A stretch of 64,000 bases of DNA from an uncultured Candidatus Poseidoniales archaeon (GTDB lineage Archaea > Thermoplasmatota > Poseidoniia > Poseidoniales > CAYMED01), in NCBI GenBank assembly GCA_964389655.1, contig CAYMED010000014.1, forward strand, positions 1 to 64,000, in the 5' to 3' direction. The notes under the pieces are model-generated. The model made no database searches, was not told the DNA's origin, and saw nothing but the letters and a program-made list of their open reading frames with translations. Shown here in pieces: positions 20,779-31,298 of this stretch. A program made the position numbers and the translations under genes. The stretch's first letter is position 1; each line of letters opens with the position of its first letter.

Positions 20779-20977
20779 GCATTCCGCCGAATTAAGAATC
20801 CCTCATAATTCAATTGAATATGGGGGGTTGCTTGTCGGCATTGAAAATACCATTCAGGAGCATATGGGGGAGATCGTGCAATTAGATAATAAAATCATCA
20901 TTTCTCATCAAAACCTATCTGGTTTAAGGAAGTGTGTGGATTTGGTTCTTGATCTGATTTCAAATAAAAAAAGATGA
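20777..20977 (+). CDS. Small protein, Pcc1 (KEOPS subunit)-like
   Basis: 66 aa ORF filling the gap between mutY and the oxidoreductase; KIIISHQNLSGLRKCVDLVLDLI resembles the Pcc1 C-terminal strand-helix. Confidence 0.4.
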   Translation: MHSAELRIPHNSIEYGGLLVGIENTIQEHMGEIVQLDNKIIISHQNLSGLRKCVDLVLDLISNKKR

Positions 20978-22195
20978 TGATAAACGCTGTGCTGCAAATA
21001 AAGCACGTGCTGCTGCTGCATCGGAAAGGAGTTCGCCTGGCGCATCTTCAAAGGCTGTCGCTGCAAAATGTCTGAATGGTGGATGATCTCCTTCAATTGT
21101 CCCAGAATCAATGGTTAGGGCTTTTGATGATAATTCCATCTGAGGGTTATGACCCTGTATTTTATTGAGAAAATGGTCGATTCTTCGCTGTCCCTCATCT
21201 TCACTTTCATTTGGGTTTAAACACACCACAATCTCAACTAAACTCGACTCATCTTTAGGTATGCGAGATTTGTCAATGGCACCAAGTTCTGCGGCAATCA
21301 AATTTAAGCCAATGTCAATTCGAATCGATGAAGAACCTAGCAATCGTGTTTTCCCACCAATTGAGCGAATTACAACGCGGCGCGAATTTGAGGGGTGGGA
21401 GAGATTTGAAGCATAACCTGAATTTTTGAGAAGGCGCATTGTTGAAGATGAAGGGAGAGAAAGAAGAATACCATCAAAGTTGAGAGATTGACCATTCTTG
21501 AAGTGGACTAGCCAAGCCATTCCTTTTTGCTCAATACGTAACACCCGCAGTGATGATTGCCGGGACACGTTGAGGAGGTTAGTTGCAATCGCCAGCCGAG
21601 ATAAAATTGCATTTGTCCCCCCAACTGGAATCCACAACCGGTTTAGCATACAACCTCTCCTTACGCGTGTTGAAATTGCCAAGGGGTCCAACGACAACGC
21701 CGGAGAATAATTTGTCAATAAGGAAAGGGCACTGACCCAATCACCACAAATATTGTCATTCCCATGACAAAGGGAGGGGTGGATTTGACCCGCTTTTTGT
21801 GTTCGCTTCCATCCAACGAACCATGCTGCCGCTTGAATTCGGTTCAAACCCGCATCAACTGCTGTTGAAAGGCGGCGGGGTATTGCAGTGATGCGTTTCC
21901 CATTGATTACTTCTGTAGATTCGATATCGATTGGAACGAACGGTAGGTGTGATTTATTGGCGCGTAGTAATGAGCGGGAAAGGGGTCCTTTTCCATGAAT
22001 CAGATGCAACCCTGGTTCAGGCAACCAGGCACCAGAATTCGGAGAATACCAACGACCACCCATTCTATCATTTCCATCGACTAGAGTCACTTGTGCTCCC
22101 CTCCCTGCAAGTTCAATTGCTGCAATGTGTCCTGATATTCCCCCCCCAATTACGAGGATTTGAGGGGACCCTGATAAGTGTCGCTTGCGCCCCAT
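20960..22195 (-). CDS. FAD-dependent oxidoreductase (phytoene desaturase/amine oxidase-like)
   Basis: VIGGGISG...VTLVD...GGR dinucleotide-binding fold; PVGG and FDGILL; start set at MGRKRH. Confidence 0.75.
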   Translation of the reverse strand: MGRKRHLSGSPQILVIGGGISGHIAAIELAGRGAQVTLVDGNDRMGGRWYSPNSGAWLPEPGLHLIHGKGPLSRSLLRANKSHLPFVPIDIESTEVINGKRITAIPRRLSTAVDAGLNRIQAAAWFVGWKRTQKAGQIHPSLCHGNDNICGDWVSALSLLTNYSPALSLDPLAISTRVRRGCMLNRLWIPVGGTNAILSRLAIATNLLNVSRQSSLRVLRIEQKGMAWLVHFKNGQSLNFDGILLSLPSSSTMRLLKNSGYASNLSHPSNSRRVVIRSIGGKTRLLGSSSIRIDIGLNLIAAELGAIDKSRIPKDESSLVEIVVCLNPNESEDEGQRRIDHFLNKIQGHNPQMELSSKALTIDSGTIEGDHPPFRHFAATAFEDAPGELLSDAAAARALFAAQRLSSSFFI

Positions 22196-22249
22196 GTATG
22201 TGGCAGAACATGGGATGGCATTGAAAGGCGCGGAACTTACCGGCGAAAT

Positions 22250-23272
22250 GTGCGGCATAATTTGAGCCTGCCCCACGACGGGGGCCACCTTCTATGGGAA
22301 AATGGGTCCCCCACTAAGCGCCTACTAGAATCCATTGAATTATGGGGACACTCTATCCTGTTTGATGATGGGATTACTGGGCCGATAATCCCGGAGCATG
22401 ATGTCGCACTAATGGCTAGAACAGACGGAGCCGAACCATTGGGGCGGGTTATTGCACGAGAATCCGGACGAATTGTTGGGATTGCTGCAATCTCACATTG
22501 GATAGAATTGTGGTTTCCTGAACTCATAATATATCCCGCCATTGAAGATGGAGACGAGGTGATGGTGGGGGATGTGGTTTTAGCAATGAGTGGAGCTCAA
22601 AATCAGATGATTGCATTGGAAAGAGGGATGTTGAATCTGATTGCAAGATTGTCAGGTATTGCAACAAATACGCACGCTTTAATTTCTAAATCTAAAGTTT
22701 CACTTGCTTGTACAAGAAAATCTGCATGGGGGGTGTTGGATAAATGGGCAGTGCACCTAGGTGGGGGAATGACCCATAGAATTGATCGGAAAGATGCGCG
22801 CATGATTAAGGAGAATGATCGCGCTAACGCCGCCCCCGGGGGTGCCGATGACCCTTTGGAAATTATGCTTAATTCACTCAAATTTGAGGCATTGTTGTCA
22901 ATAGGAGGAGAGGAGTGTGAGGATTTATTGAGAGCTGCGCCGAACGTATGGGGGAGGTTTCTTACAATTGAAGTAAGAAACGCCGATGAGGCATTGGTGG
23001 CTGCAAATTGGGTTTCAATACACGCAACTGATTGGTCAAAGCCAGTGGTGATCATGTTGGACAACACAAAATCGGAAGAAGCGGGGGGAATTATCTCACT
23101 ATTGAGGGGGAAGGGGTTAATGAATAATATCGTTATCGAATGCAGTGGCGGCATTGACCCAATTGATTCAGACCAATGGGGGGACCTTGGTGCAGATGTA
23201 ATCTCATCGAGTAAACTAAACTGTGGTGTGAAACACCTTGATTTTTCATTCTTAATTGATGAAATAGGGTGA
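22250..23272 (+). CDS. nadC: Quinolinate phosphoribosyltransferase
   Basis: ER-x2-LN...LSGIAT, TRK, GG-x2-HR, IKEN, IEV, IMLDN, IECSGGI; start uncertain. Confidence 0.88.
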   Translation: MRHNLSLPHDGGHLLWENGSPTKRLLESIELWGHSILFDDGITGPIIPEHDVALMARTDGAEPLGRVIARESGRIVGIAAISHWIELWFPELIIYPAIEDGDEVMVGDVVLAMSGAQNQMIALERGMLNLIARLSGIATNTHALISKSKVSLACTRKSAWGVLDKWAVHLGGGMTHRIDRKDARMIKENDRANAAPGGADDPLEIMLNSLKFEALLSIGGEECEDLLRAAPNVWGRFLTIEVRNADEALVAANWVSIHATDWSKPVVIMLDNTKSEEAGGIISLLRGKGLMNNIVIECSGGIDPIDSDQWGDLGADVISSSKLNCGVKHLDFSFLIDEIG

Positions 23273-23284
23273 CTTGGTGAAATT

Positions 23285-24073
23285 ATGGTTGACATCACAA
23301 GTGACCATCCCAGGAGGGCGTCCCTTGAGGCGAGGAAAAAAATTGCCGACGCTTCAAAAGCCGGCTTACTTGCGGATTCTGCGATGATTGCCCATGGGAG
23401 GGGGGAAGCATTCGATTATTTATTGGGAGAAAAAACATCAAACCCTGCTAAACGTGCAATTCGGGAAGCTGCTGCTCTGTTAAATGGTGCTAAAAACCCA
23501 ATTATTTCTGTAAATGGAAATGTTGTTGCCCTAGCTTCTTTGGAGATATTAAGGGTCGCTGCTGCGATAAACTGTAATATTGAAGTAAACCTGTATTATC
23601 GAACTGAAAGTCGAATAAATGGGCTATGCGGCATATTATCAGATAAAAAAGAAGCATTGCTCTGTGAAGATGTACCAGCCATTTGGTCTGGGTCAAATAA
23701 AGAGTGGTTTTCCGCTGTGAAAAATATACGCATCCTTGGAAAAGATGCTGATGAAAAAATTCCGAACCTGAATGGTCCCCGGGCAATGGTTTGTTCAGAT
23801 GGTATTCTAAATGCAGATGTTGTACTTGTTCCTTTAGAAGATGGAGATCGATGTGAGGCTTTAGAAACATACGGGGTTCGTGTGTTAAATATAGACCTAA
23901 ACCCCCTCTCCAGGTCTGCTCGTTATGCAACGATTACAGTCGTTGATGAGATTACGAGGGCGCTTCCCCTCTTATTTGAAGAGATCCAAAAAAGACCGAG
24001 AAAAGATCAAAAATGGTCAAATGAGAAAAATTTAACTCAATCATTATCTGTGATGTTAGATATGTTGAAATGA
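23285..24073 (+). CDS. Archaeal phosphopantothenate synthetase (4-phosphopantoate-beta-alanine ligase)
   Basis: HPR, AHGRGEAFDYLLGE, SVNGN, EVNL, VPLEDGDR, IDLNPLSR. Confidence 0.95.
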   Translation: MVDITSDHPRRASLEARKKIADASKAGLLADSAMIAHGRGEAFDYLLGEKTSNPAKRAIREAAALLNGAKNPIISVNGNVVALASLEILRVAAAINCNIEVNLYYRTESRINGLCGILSDKKEALLCEDVPAIWSGSNKEWFSAVKNIRILGKDADEKIPNLNGPRAMVCSDGILNADVVLVPLEDGDRCEALETYGVRVLNIDLNPLSRSARYATITVVDEITRALPLLFEEIQKRPRKDQKWSNEKNLTQSLSVMLDMLK

Positions 24074-24079
24074 ATTAAA

Positions 24080-25261
24080 TTATAATTCCCGAAGAGAAGA
24101 GGAGACTTTCTCCGAAATTTCAATCCCAACGGCACTCGTTGAGGAATGGCCTCCAAGATCATATGTGCGCTTTTTACCATCATTAAGGGTTGAAATTACA
24201 GCATTTTCAATGGCTGAAGCCGCCGATGATGCCGTGGGATCTGAATGTGTTGATGAGAGCCAATCAAGCATCATTTTCGCTGAAAGAATGGCCGCCATTG
24301 GGTTAACAGTCCCCTTTCCTGCATGTTTGGGGGCAGAACCGTGAACGGGTTCAAACAGAGCATGTTCCAATCCAATATTTCCCGAAGGCGCCATACCCAT
24401 GCCCCCCTGCAATACACTCGCAAGGTCTGTTGCAATATCACCAAACATGTTTGGCATTACGGCAACATCAAACCACTCGGGTTGGCGGACGACCCACATT
24501 GTAAATGCATCAATATATGCCTCATCAGTGGCAATATGCGGATATTTTTTGGAAACTTCAATGTATGTTTTGCGGAATAATTGGCAACCCCTAGTAACAT
24601 TTGATTTATCAACGCAAGTCACTCTTTTTGTACCATCTTCAGGGCACCCATTTCGATTATCACTGAGTTTGAATGCCATGTCAATGACGCGCCGAGATCC
24701 TGATGCAGAAATGGGCCTTGGATCCCAAGCAACCTCTCCATCAAGTCCTGGAAAGTCCATATTTTTAGGTTCCCATGGATCTTTTCCTATTGCCTTGTCA
24801 GCAGACCGGCGAAGAAGGCTGTGATAAAGGCCCTCTGTATTTTCCCTGAGAAGGAGCATATCTACACAGTGAGGGTCCCAAACCTGCTGAAAAGATCCAT
24901 GGACTTTGTGCTGAACCCCGTCATAGAGCCGCACTGGCCGGACGTTGGCATAAAGGTCAAGGCCGGCGCGTAGACCAAGAATTACTTGCCCTCCTGCGAG
25001 GTCTCCGTTTGGCGTTCGAGCACCTGGCCAGCCAATAGCGCCGAGTAAGATTGCGTCGCTTTCATCCCTGCATATCTCGTAGGATCCTTCTGGCCATTCC
25101 TCACCTGTTGACAAGTAGTGTTTGCCCCCACATGGAATCTCGGTAAAATCAAAATCCAAAGAAGAATGGTCAGCCACTGTATCTAGAACACGCTGAGCTT
25201 CCCGTATGACTTCCACACCAGTTCCATCGCCGGGTAATATGCTAATTCGGTATGTCGGCAC
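24080..25261 (-). CDS. Isocitrate/isopropylmalate (beta-decarboxylating) dehydrogenase
   Basis: PGDG-x-G-x-EV, YANVRP, RENTEG, VDKSNV, NMFGDI, EPVHGSAP; GGAGG before the GTG. Confidence 0.93.
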   Translation of the reverse strand: MPTYRISILPGDGTGVEVIREAQRVLDTVADHSSLDFDFTEIPCGGKHYLSTGEEWPEGSYEICRDESDAILLGAIGWPGARTPNGDLAGGQVILGLRAGLDLYANVRPVRLYDGVQHKVHGSFQQVWDPHCVDMLLLRENTEGLYHSLLRRSADKAIGKDPWEPKNMDFPGLDGEVAWDPRPISASGSRRVIDMAFKLSDNRNGCPEDGTKRVTCVDKSNVTRGCQLFRKTYIEVSKKYPHIATDEAYIDAFTMWVVRQPEWFDVAVMPNMFGDIATDLASVLQGGMGMAPSGNIGLEHALFEPVHGSAPKHAGKGTVNPMAAILSAKMMLDWLSSTHSDPTASSAASAIENAVISTLNDGKKRTYDLGGHSSTSAVGIEISEKVSSSLREL

Positions 25262-25362
25262 AACTCCTCCCAAACGGGCTTACTTCATGAACGCGTTTGA
25301 ATGAGTGTTCCGGTGGAAATGGAAAGAGCAAGTTCAAGGCCCGCCTAGCATGGTGGGCACTC

Positions 25363-25986
25363 ATGGGGCTAGACCCTAGTGAATCAGGCCGAAAAGCGGA
25401 TCGGGCGTTTTCAGTATTGCCTGATGAACTTCATGAATTGACACATTTGAGACAGGCGATTGATCCAAATTGGGATCCTTTGCAATGGATACGGGAAAGG
25501 GCAGATGAGGAAATGCGTATGTTAGAAGCAGACCTTGATAGAGAACTACTTCAACTTGATATGAAAAAAATACGGCTGGAAAAAGTTTCAACAAAACTTG
25601 GGATGAAGTGGTCGGGGTCAGATAAAAATAATGACCCCCTCCAAACGAATTTATTCGACGATTTTTTGATAAAAATAAATGTTAAAGATGGTTTTTTTCT
25701 CGAAAGGGCGATTCATATTCAAGAATCTGAACATGACATCGAGTTCGGCGAAGACGACCCATTTGATACTCTTTCTAGACGCTGTATCATTCAATCCATG
25801 ATTGAGGCTGAAGCAAATGGAAATTCAATGACGGATGCGAAAATTGTCGAAGTATGTACTAATGGTGGACTAACACTTGTGGAAATTCGTTCGGCCATAG
25901 AACACCTACTTGCTTCTGGCGAAATTATTGAAGTTAATTGTGAAGAATATATTATGGGAGATGAGGAATATAATGGTAGTGAATAA
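25363..25986 (+). CDS. Hypothetical protein with coiled coil and possible C-terminal winged helix
   Basis: Acidic helical ORF; ...AIEHLLASGEIIEV...Y is typical of winged-helix ends. Confidence 0.6.
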   Translation: MGLDPSESGRKADRAFSVLPDELHELTHLRQAIDPNWDPLQWIRERADEEMRMLEADLDRELLQLDMKKIRLEKVSTKLGMKWSGSDKNNDPLQTNLFDDFLIKINVKDGFFLERAIHIQESEHDIEFGEDDPFDTLSRRCIIQSMIEAEANGNSMTDAKIVEVCTNGGLTLVEIRSAIEHLLASGEIIEVNCEEYIMGDEEYNGSE

Positions 25987-26083
25987 AAAAAAGTTGACCT
26001 AGGGTCGTTTCTCCTTTCAAGCATTTAACCCTGGTACTCCATTGAAAAAATTATACACAAATGGGATGGCGTCTCTGAGATAT

Positions 26084-26860
26084 ATGGCGAGTCCCCCGCC
26101 CTTGAAGGCAATTCTTGTTGCGGGAGGGTTGGGGACGAGATTATTGCCATTTACGCGATACACGCACAAGACACTTTTGCCACTCCATCGGCACCCCGTA
26201 TTGGATTATGCACTAGCATTTATTCGGAGGGCTGGCATATCGGACATTACAATCATTGCCAATCAATTTATCGGCCAAATTGCAAAACATGTTGGAACCG
26301 GACTGGATGGTGAAAACATACATTATGTTATTGAGGATATACCAAAAGGAGTTGGGAATGCTCTACAACTAGCACGCCCCCATACAATTGATTGCAGACT
26401 ATTAATTTATTTTTCTGATAACATCACAACTGCTGACTTCGGAGACGATGCGGTGCGCTTTGCAAATTCTGTTGAATCACCTGGTTGCGTGCTGTTAGGA
26501 AGAAAAGTACCAGACCCAACTAGATTCGGCGTGGCGGTTATGGATGAAAATGAGGGACTTTCGGGGATCGTTGAAAAACCATCAGTCCCACCAACGAACA
26601 TTGCAATTGGTGGTATTTACCTTTATGATGAAAATTTCTGGGACATGTTAGACAAATTCATGTTACAATGCGGGGACGAATTTACAATTTCAGACATTAA
26701 TAATCAATATATTGCCGACGGAAAGGCTGTTCTCAGGCACATTGACGATTCAGAATGGTTAGATTGTGGAACGCCTGATGCGTTGCTTGAAGCAGCACAA
26801 TTGGCTGCAAAGGGAATCTTGTCCCCCGAGCCATACCACCATAGGTCTGTAAATTCATGA
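26084..26860 (+). CDS. Sugar-1-phosphate nucleotidyltransferase (RmlA-like)
   Basis: AGGLGTRL-x-P-x-T, K-x-LLP, DN, FGV, VEKP, WLDCGT. Confidence 0.9.
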   Translation: MASPPPLKAILVAGGLGTRLLPFTRYTHKTLLPLHRHPVLDYALAFIRRAGISDITIIANQFIGQIAKHVGTGLDGENIHYVIEDIPKGVGNALQLARPHTIDCRLLIYFSDNITTADFGDDAVRFANSVESPGCVLLGRKVPDPTRFGVAVMDENEGLSGIVEKPSVPPTNIAIGGIYLYDENFWDMLDKFMLQCGDEFTISDINNQYIADGKAVLRHIDDSEWLDCGTPDALLEAAQLAAKGILSPEPYHHRSVNS

Positions 26861-26880
26861 TAACAAATGGAGGGTATGGA

Positions 26881-27705
26881 ATGGATGTAGGAATTATTGG
26901 AGCAGGTATTGTCGGAGGCGCAATTGAACACTGGTTTGGAAAAAAGCATAGACTATTCATCCATGACCCGGTCAGAGGAACGCAGATCACTGATGTAATT
27001 GAACACGTAAACATGGCATATATCGCCGTTCCAACTCCAATGAGTGAAGTGGATGGGTCATGCGATACAAGCATTGTCGAATCTGTTTTGGAAGAATTGC
27101 CAGATGGCTTTGGGGCGGTGATAAAAAGCACAATTGTTCCCGGTACTGCGAAAAATTTTCAACTACAATATCCAAACCTCAGGATTGCATATAGCCCTGA
27201 ATTTTTAGTTGAGAGAAGGCATTTGGAAGATTTTGGGAATCAAGACATTCTTGTAGTGGGCACAGAACACCAAACCCTTGCAGAAGAAGTATTTGAGCAA
27301 CATAGAATGGCTGGCGTTTTAAGATCAAACCAATGCTTTCATGTTTCTCCAACTGTTGCTGAATTAGTCAAATATAGCAAAAACACATTCTACGCTGTAA
27401 AAGTAATTTTTGCAAATCAGATGCATGATTTGTGCGATTCAATGGGGGTCGATTGGGAAGATATTCGAACAATAATAACAGCACCCCAAGCACAGCAAAT
27501 TGGTGAAAGCCACCTACAACCAATGATGGGTCTGAGGCGAGGTTTTGGTGGCAAGTGTTTGCCAAAGGATAGCATGGCATTGAAAGTGTTAGCTGATAGG
27601 AATGGGGTGTGTTATGACCTCTTTCAAGCAATTCAGTCCGATAACAAGCGCCTGCGAGAAATCATTACTGGGTTGGAATCTGATGTAGATACACTAGATG
27701 ATTGA
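26881..27705 (+). CDS. UDP-glucose/GDP-mannose dehydrogenase family protein (short form)
   Basis: GAGIVG, VPTP, IKSTIVPG, SPEFL, AELVKY and catalytic GFGGKCLPKD; ends without the usual C-terminal domain. Confidence 0.88.
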   Translation: MDVGIIGAGIVGGAIEHWFGKKHRLFIHDPVRGTQITDVIEHVNMAYIAVPTPMSEVDGSCDTSIVESVLEELPDGFGAVIKSTIVPGTAKNFQLQYPNLRIAYSPEFLVERRHLEDFGNQDILVVGTEHQTLAEEVFEQHRMAGVLRSNQCFHVSPTVAELVKYSKNTFYAVKVIFANQMHDLCDSMGVDWEDIRTIITAPQAQQIGESHLQPMMGLRRGFGGKCLPKDSMALKVLADRNGVCYDLFQAIQSDNKRLREIITGLESDVDTLDD

Positions 27706-27707
27706 AT

Positions 27708-30700
27708 CTACCACCGGCCCCCATAATCATCCCATGATTCGCCAGGATATTGTTGAATATTGCCTGGCCCATGTCCATGTTGTGGAGATTCTTGATTGGC
27801 CCAGGGATCTGATGAATCAGACGATAATATTTGGTCTACATCTTCAATCGCTTCCCATACTCTTCGGTCCAACAGGCGAAATTGCCCTTCAGTTAGTTTA
27901 TCACGGGCAGATAACTCCTCTATTTTTCTAGAATAAGCCCGCAAGGAACGCCGTTGAAATTGGAGGTCGTCTTGGTGATTGATTATTCGATCTAGATCTC
28001 GCTGAAGATTACCAAAGACGCCTTTTCGGCGACTAGAGGCGAATATTCCTCCAAAAACCACTAACATTGCCAATAAAAGGCCAGTTAAGTCGAGAATTGA
28101 GAGGTCATAGCCCAAAACCCGCACAACTGCTTCAGAAGATTCGCTCGAAAGATTCGCCGTGGCGTCTCCACTTCTGAGAACATCTTCCTCGACTTCCGAA
28201 ACTGGCACAATGGGCCCAATCACAGTTGCTGAGTTAAAGTCCCCGTTCCCCGCAGTATCAATTGCAATTATCATCAAGTAATATACTCCTTTAGACGAGA
28301 TATTTGATGAGCCATTTTCGTCAGCCACAGTTGCGAGCCAACTTGCTTGAGAACGTAATGAAAGCGTAACTGTTGGGGATGCATTCAACTGTATGGGATG
28401 TGAATAGAGATAAATCGCATAATGTGAAAAGTCATCTGCAAAAGAAACATTCCACTCGGCAAGAAGGCGGGTTCCATCATCGTTTGGCCAATTTGTAAGA
28501 CGAACATTCTGAACAGGAGAGGGGGGGGTGAGATCATTTCGATTATCCACTGAACTCCCATATCCAACATTGTATGCTGTACGGTCTACCCGACCCTGTG
28601 CATCAATTGCAAGGACTACGGCATAGAACACCACATCCGGAACCACGGGAGAGCCATCATCTGTTTCTTCAACAAGAATTTCGCGGACACCAGCAGCATT
28701 TGCAGCAACAACAAATGTTGATGGGGGGATTTGACCTGAAAATGGGGTGGAAGAGATATGGATTTCATAACTGACAACATCAGGCTCCTCACTTGAAGTG
28801 AAACGAACCAATAGTCCATCGCCTAAATCATCAGGGGCATCCAATACTTCTACGCCTTCCACTAAAGGGGGGGGGTTTTGGTCAAGGTTGGGGCTAAGTA
28901 AAAGAGTGGAAAATGTGCGATTAGATTCCCCACCATAATCTTCCGCCTCGAGGACACATTCAACCAATATTTCACTCACTAATTCACTGATTCCAAATTT
29001 ATTAAGAGAAATTCGTTGCCAGCCACTAGAGCCACCTTCCTGTGTCCAAATATCATCCAACCTCTCTTCAGAAATTCCACATTGAAGAGACACGCGGGAT
29101 ATGTCCGATTCACCAAACTCCGGCCACATTGCGATGAATGCTTCAACTGCCTGGCCTTCAGCATAAATCATTGACATCCGAGGCATTTGAGGGGGTACAT
29201 CATTGGAGAGAGAAATTGCAGCTGTTTGAAGATATTCTGGGCGGGATTGTTGGCCACTAGAGTCTATTGAAGTAATGTAAACCTCATGGGGGTCATTGCT
29301 CTCAAAGTTGATGATTGTGTTACGCACATTCTTTGGTATGATTTTGAAATTTGATTCCGTATCACCACCCACTAATCCCCAACTAATTAGAAACTCCTTA
29401 AAGTCTGTTGTTGTATTTGGCATGTTCCAAGTAAAGTTGATGGAAGTGTCGTCGGTTGGGAGATCACGTGCTTGGATTGAGATTGGTGGTTCGGGAGGCT
29501 CATCAATTAGAATATGCTCAACTTCATCAAAATAGACCTCCGCATTCTTCTCATCCATGCCAGATACACTAACCAAAATCATATCACCAGGTAATGATTC
29601 TGTACCAAGGGATACTTCAACATTGGTCACTGATGATTCCCAAGGTATAGTATCACTCCAAAGTGCGTTGCCCTCATCATCTAATACCTCAACATCTAGG
29701 TGATGGGGTTGAGGAGACACTGAAGTTGGTTCAATCCACACAGAGAATTCAGTTCCATCGTCTCCAAATTTGTCTACTGTCCATAGTTCATATGCCGCGG
29801 GGCGTGAAGTTTCTAAGCGCCAACCAATAGATGAAAGGAGCGGGGCTCCAGCATCCATTTCACTCGTGTCGAAGTTGATTGATAGGTTCTCAATTTGAGA
29901 TTCGGGGCCCAACTCAAGTACGCCTGTGCAATTAAGAGGGTTGGATACTTCTTTTCCATTGACGAAGCCTATAACTTCTATTTGAATATCTAATTCGGTA
30001 AAATCACCATTTTTATCGACAGGTGGAGCACAAGCAACTTGAGATATCCATTGTTCATTATTCATAGGAGGAATCAATTCTAGGGATTCTTCTTTCTTTG
30101 AAAGAATCCAATTTAGGCCATCTCCCTGGGCTCCTTCAAATGTTGAAAATGAACTATGTGATCCAAATAAAGCATCCAGTCGTACCCCACCATCAGGGGT
30201 TCCAACCACCCCAAACAACTTAATTTCGGGGGGGTTTTGGCCACAGAACTTAACCTTCAGGCGGACTTCACCCACTGGCGTGTCAATACGAAGGGGCTTC
30301 ATTCCTGAAGCCTCCATAGTAAATTGAAACATGTCACCCACATCTGGTGTAATTTCTATTTCTAAGCGCGAATTACTAGACTCACCAACTGATGGAGGAA
30401 AGTTACCATCAATGATTAACCAAGCTTGGAGAGTATCTTCTTCAATCTCAATAGGGTTTTTTGTCTGCATCCAGCCAACACACCCACTTTGAGAACCCTT
30501 TCCTATGCCTTTCCCTTGGTTTGATGGGGGGCGTGAATTATCAGTGGGATGTATGGTTCCATTTGCTTCATCAAGTTCAACACCCGTATGAGAAAAGCGA
30601 TCTGAGAAACGTGTTGAGTCAGTAAATGTCTCAGTCAGCCGCCAACCAGGCACACCACCTTCGTTATCATCGGCGGCCCCGAATGGCGTCGGTGATGAGG

Positions 30701-30779
30701 AAGATATCTGAAACAATGGACCACACGGGAGGAAAAAAAGCAGAATAGCGCCGAAGGCGGCGCATCTTCGCCGACTCAT
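27708..30779 (-). CDS. Large secreted, C-terminally anchored protein with about four fibronectin type III repeats
   Basis: Signal peptide; repeats D-x2-PP-x-V...W...D-x3-Y-x-I...AID-x2-G; C-terminal TM plus cytoplasmic helical tail. Confidence 0.85.
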   Translation of the reverse strand: MSRRRCAAFGAILLFFLPCGPLFQISSSSPTPFGAADDNEGGVPGWRLTETFTDSTRFSDRFSHTGVELDEANGTIHPTDNSRPPSNQGKGIGKGSQSGCVGWMQTKNPIEIEEDTLQAWLIIDGNFPPSVGESSNSRLEIEITPDVGDMFQFTMEASGMKPLRIDTPVGEVRLKVKFCGQNPPEIKLFGVVGTPDGGVRLDALFGSHSSFSTFEGAQGDGLNWILSKKEESLELIPPMNNEQWISQVACAPPVDKNGDFTELDIQIEVIGFVNGKEVSNPLNCTGVLELGPESQIENLSINFDTSEMDAGAPLLSSIGWRLETSRPAAYELWTVDKFGDDGTEFSVWIEPTSVSPQPHHLDVEVLDDEGNALWSDTIPWESSVTNVEVSLGTESLPGDMILVSVSGMDEKNAEVYFDEVEHILIDEPPEPPISIQARDLPTDDTSINFTWNMPNTTTDFKEFLISWGLVGGDTESNFKIIPKNVRNTIINFESNDPHEVYITSIDSSGQQSRPEYLQTAAISLSNDVPPQMPRMSMIYAEGQAVEAFIAMWPEFGESDISRVSLQCGISEERLDDIWTQEGGSSGWQRISLNKFGISELVSEILVECVLEAEDYGGESNRTFSTLLLSPNLDQNPPPLVEGVEVLDAPDDLGDGLLVRFTSSEEPDVVSYEIHISSTPFSGQIPPSTFVVAANAAGVREILVEETDDGSPVVPDVVFYAVVLAIDAQGRVDRTAYNVGYGSSVDNRNDLTPPSPVQNVRLTNWPNDDGTRLLAEWNVSFADDFSHYAIYLYSHPIQLNASPTVTLSLRSQASWLATVADENGSSNISSKGVYYLMIIAIDTAGNGDFNSATVIGPIVPVSEVEEDVLRSGDATANLSSESSEAVVRVLGYDLSILDLTGLLLAMLVVFGGIFASSRRKGVFGNLQRDLDRIINHQDDLQFQRRSLRAYSRKIEELSARDKLTEGQFRLLDRRVWEAIEDVDQILSSDSSDPWANQESPQHGHGPGNIQQYPGESWDDYGGRW

Positions 30780-30869
30780 TGGAAGACCTGTACCCCTGCT
30801 GATACTTCAATCCAACCCGGCTCAATGAAGCGGCAAGGTCATCATGCCACGCCCTTCCTCGCTTACACG

Positions 30870-31295
30870 ATGCTAAAGGATACACTCCACACGCTGCCCC
30901 TCGAAGAGAGGGTTTCTTATGCCAAATTATTGGCATTTACTTCACGGATTGATGGTGAATTATCGAATGATGAAATGGCATTTTTTGAGGCGAGAATGGG
31001 AACTGCATTGATCCCCCCTGGTGTTAGAAAGGACTTGAGGCAGTATCTCAAAGACCCACCTTCACTCAAAGAGACCATGAAAGGATTGGGCCGGGATGCT
31101 GCACTCTTGGGTTTGAGGGATATTGTGCTGATGAGTGCTGCTGACGGTAATGTTGATGAAAATGAAAGAGAATTGCTAGATCGTGTTGCTGAAGAAATTG
31201 GGGTTGATGAAGAGATTATTGAGGACTTACTTGATTGGGTTATTAGTGGGTACAAATGGATGAGGATTGGATATAAAATACTCAAACAAGCTTGA
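30870..31295 (+). CDS. TerB-family protein
   Basis: Two DG-x4-E motifs (IDGELSNDE, ADGNVDENE); all-helical. Confidence 0.85.
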   Translation: MLKDTLHTLPLEERVSYAKLLAFTSRIDGELSNDEMAFFEARMGTALIPPGVRKDLRQYLKDPPSLKETMKGLGRDAALLGLRDIVLMSAADGNVDENERELLDRVAEEIGVDEEIIEDLLDWVISGYKWMRIGYKILKQA

Positions 31296-31298
31296 GGG

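Noticed and set aside
22603-23298. Long antisense ORFs (this one, 11062-11691, 36661-37380, 44134-44676 and others)
   Set aside because: They are shadows of well-supported genes on the opposite strand and show no motifs
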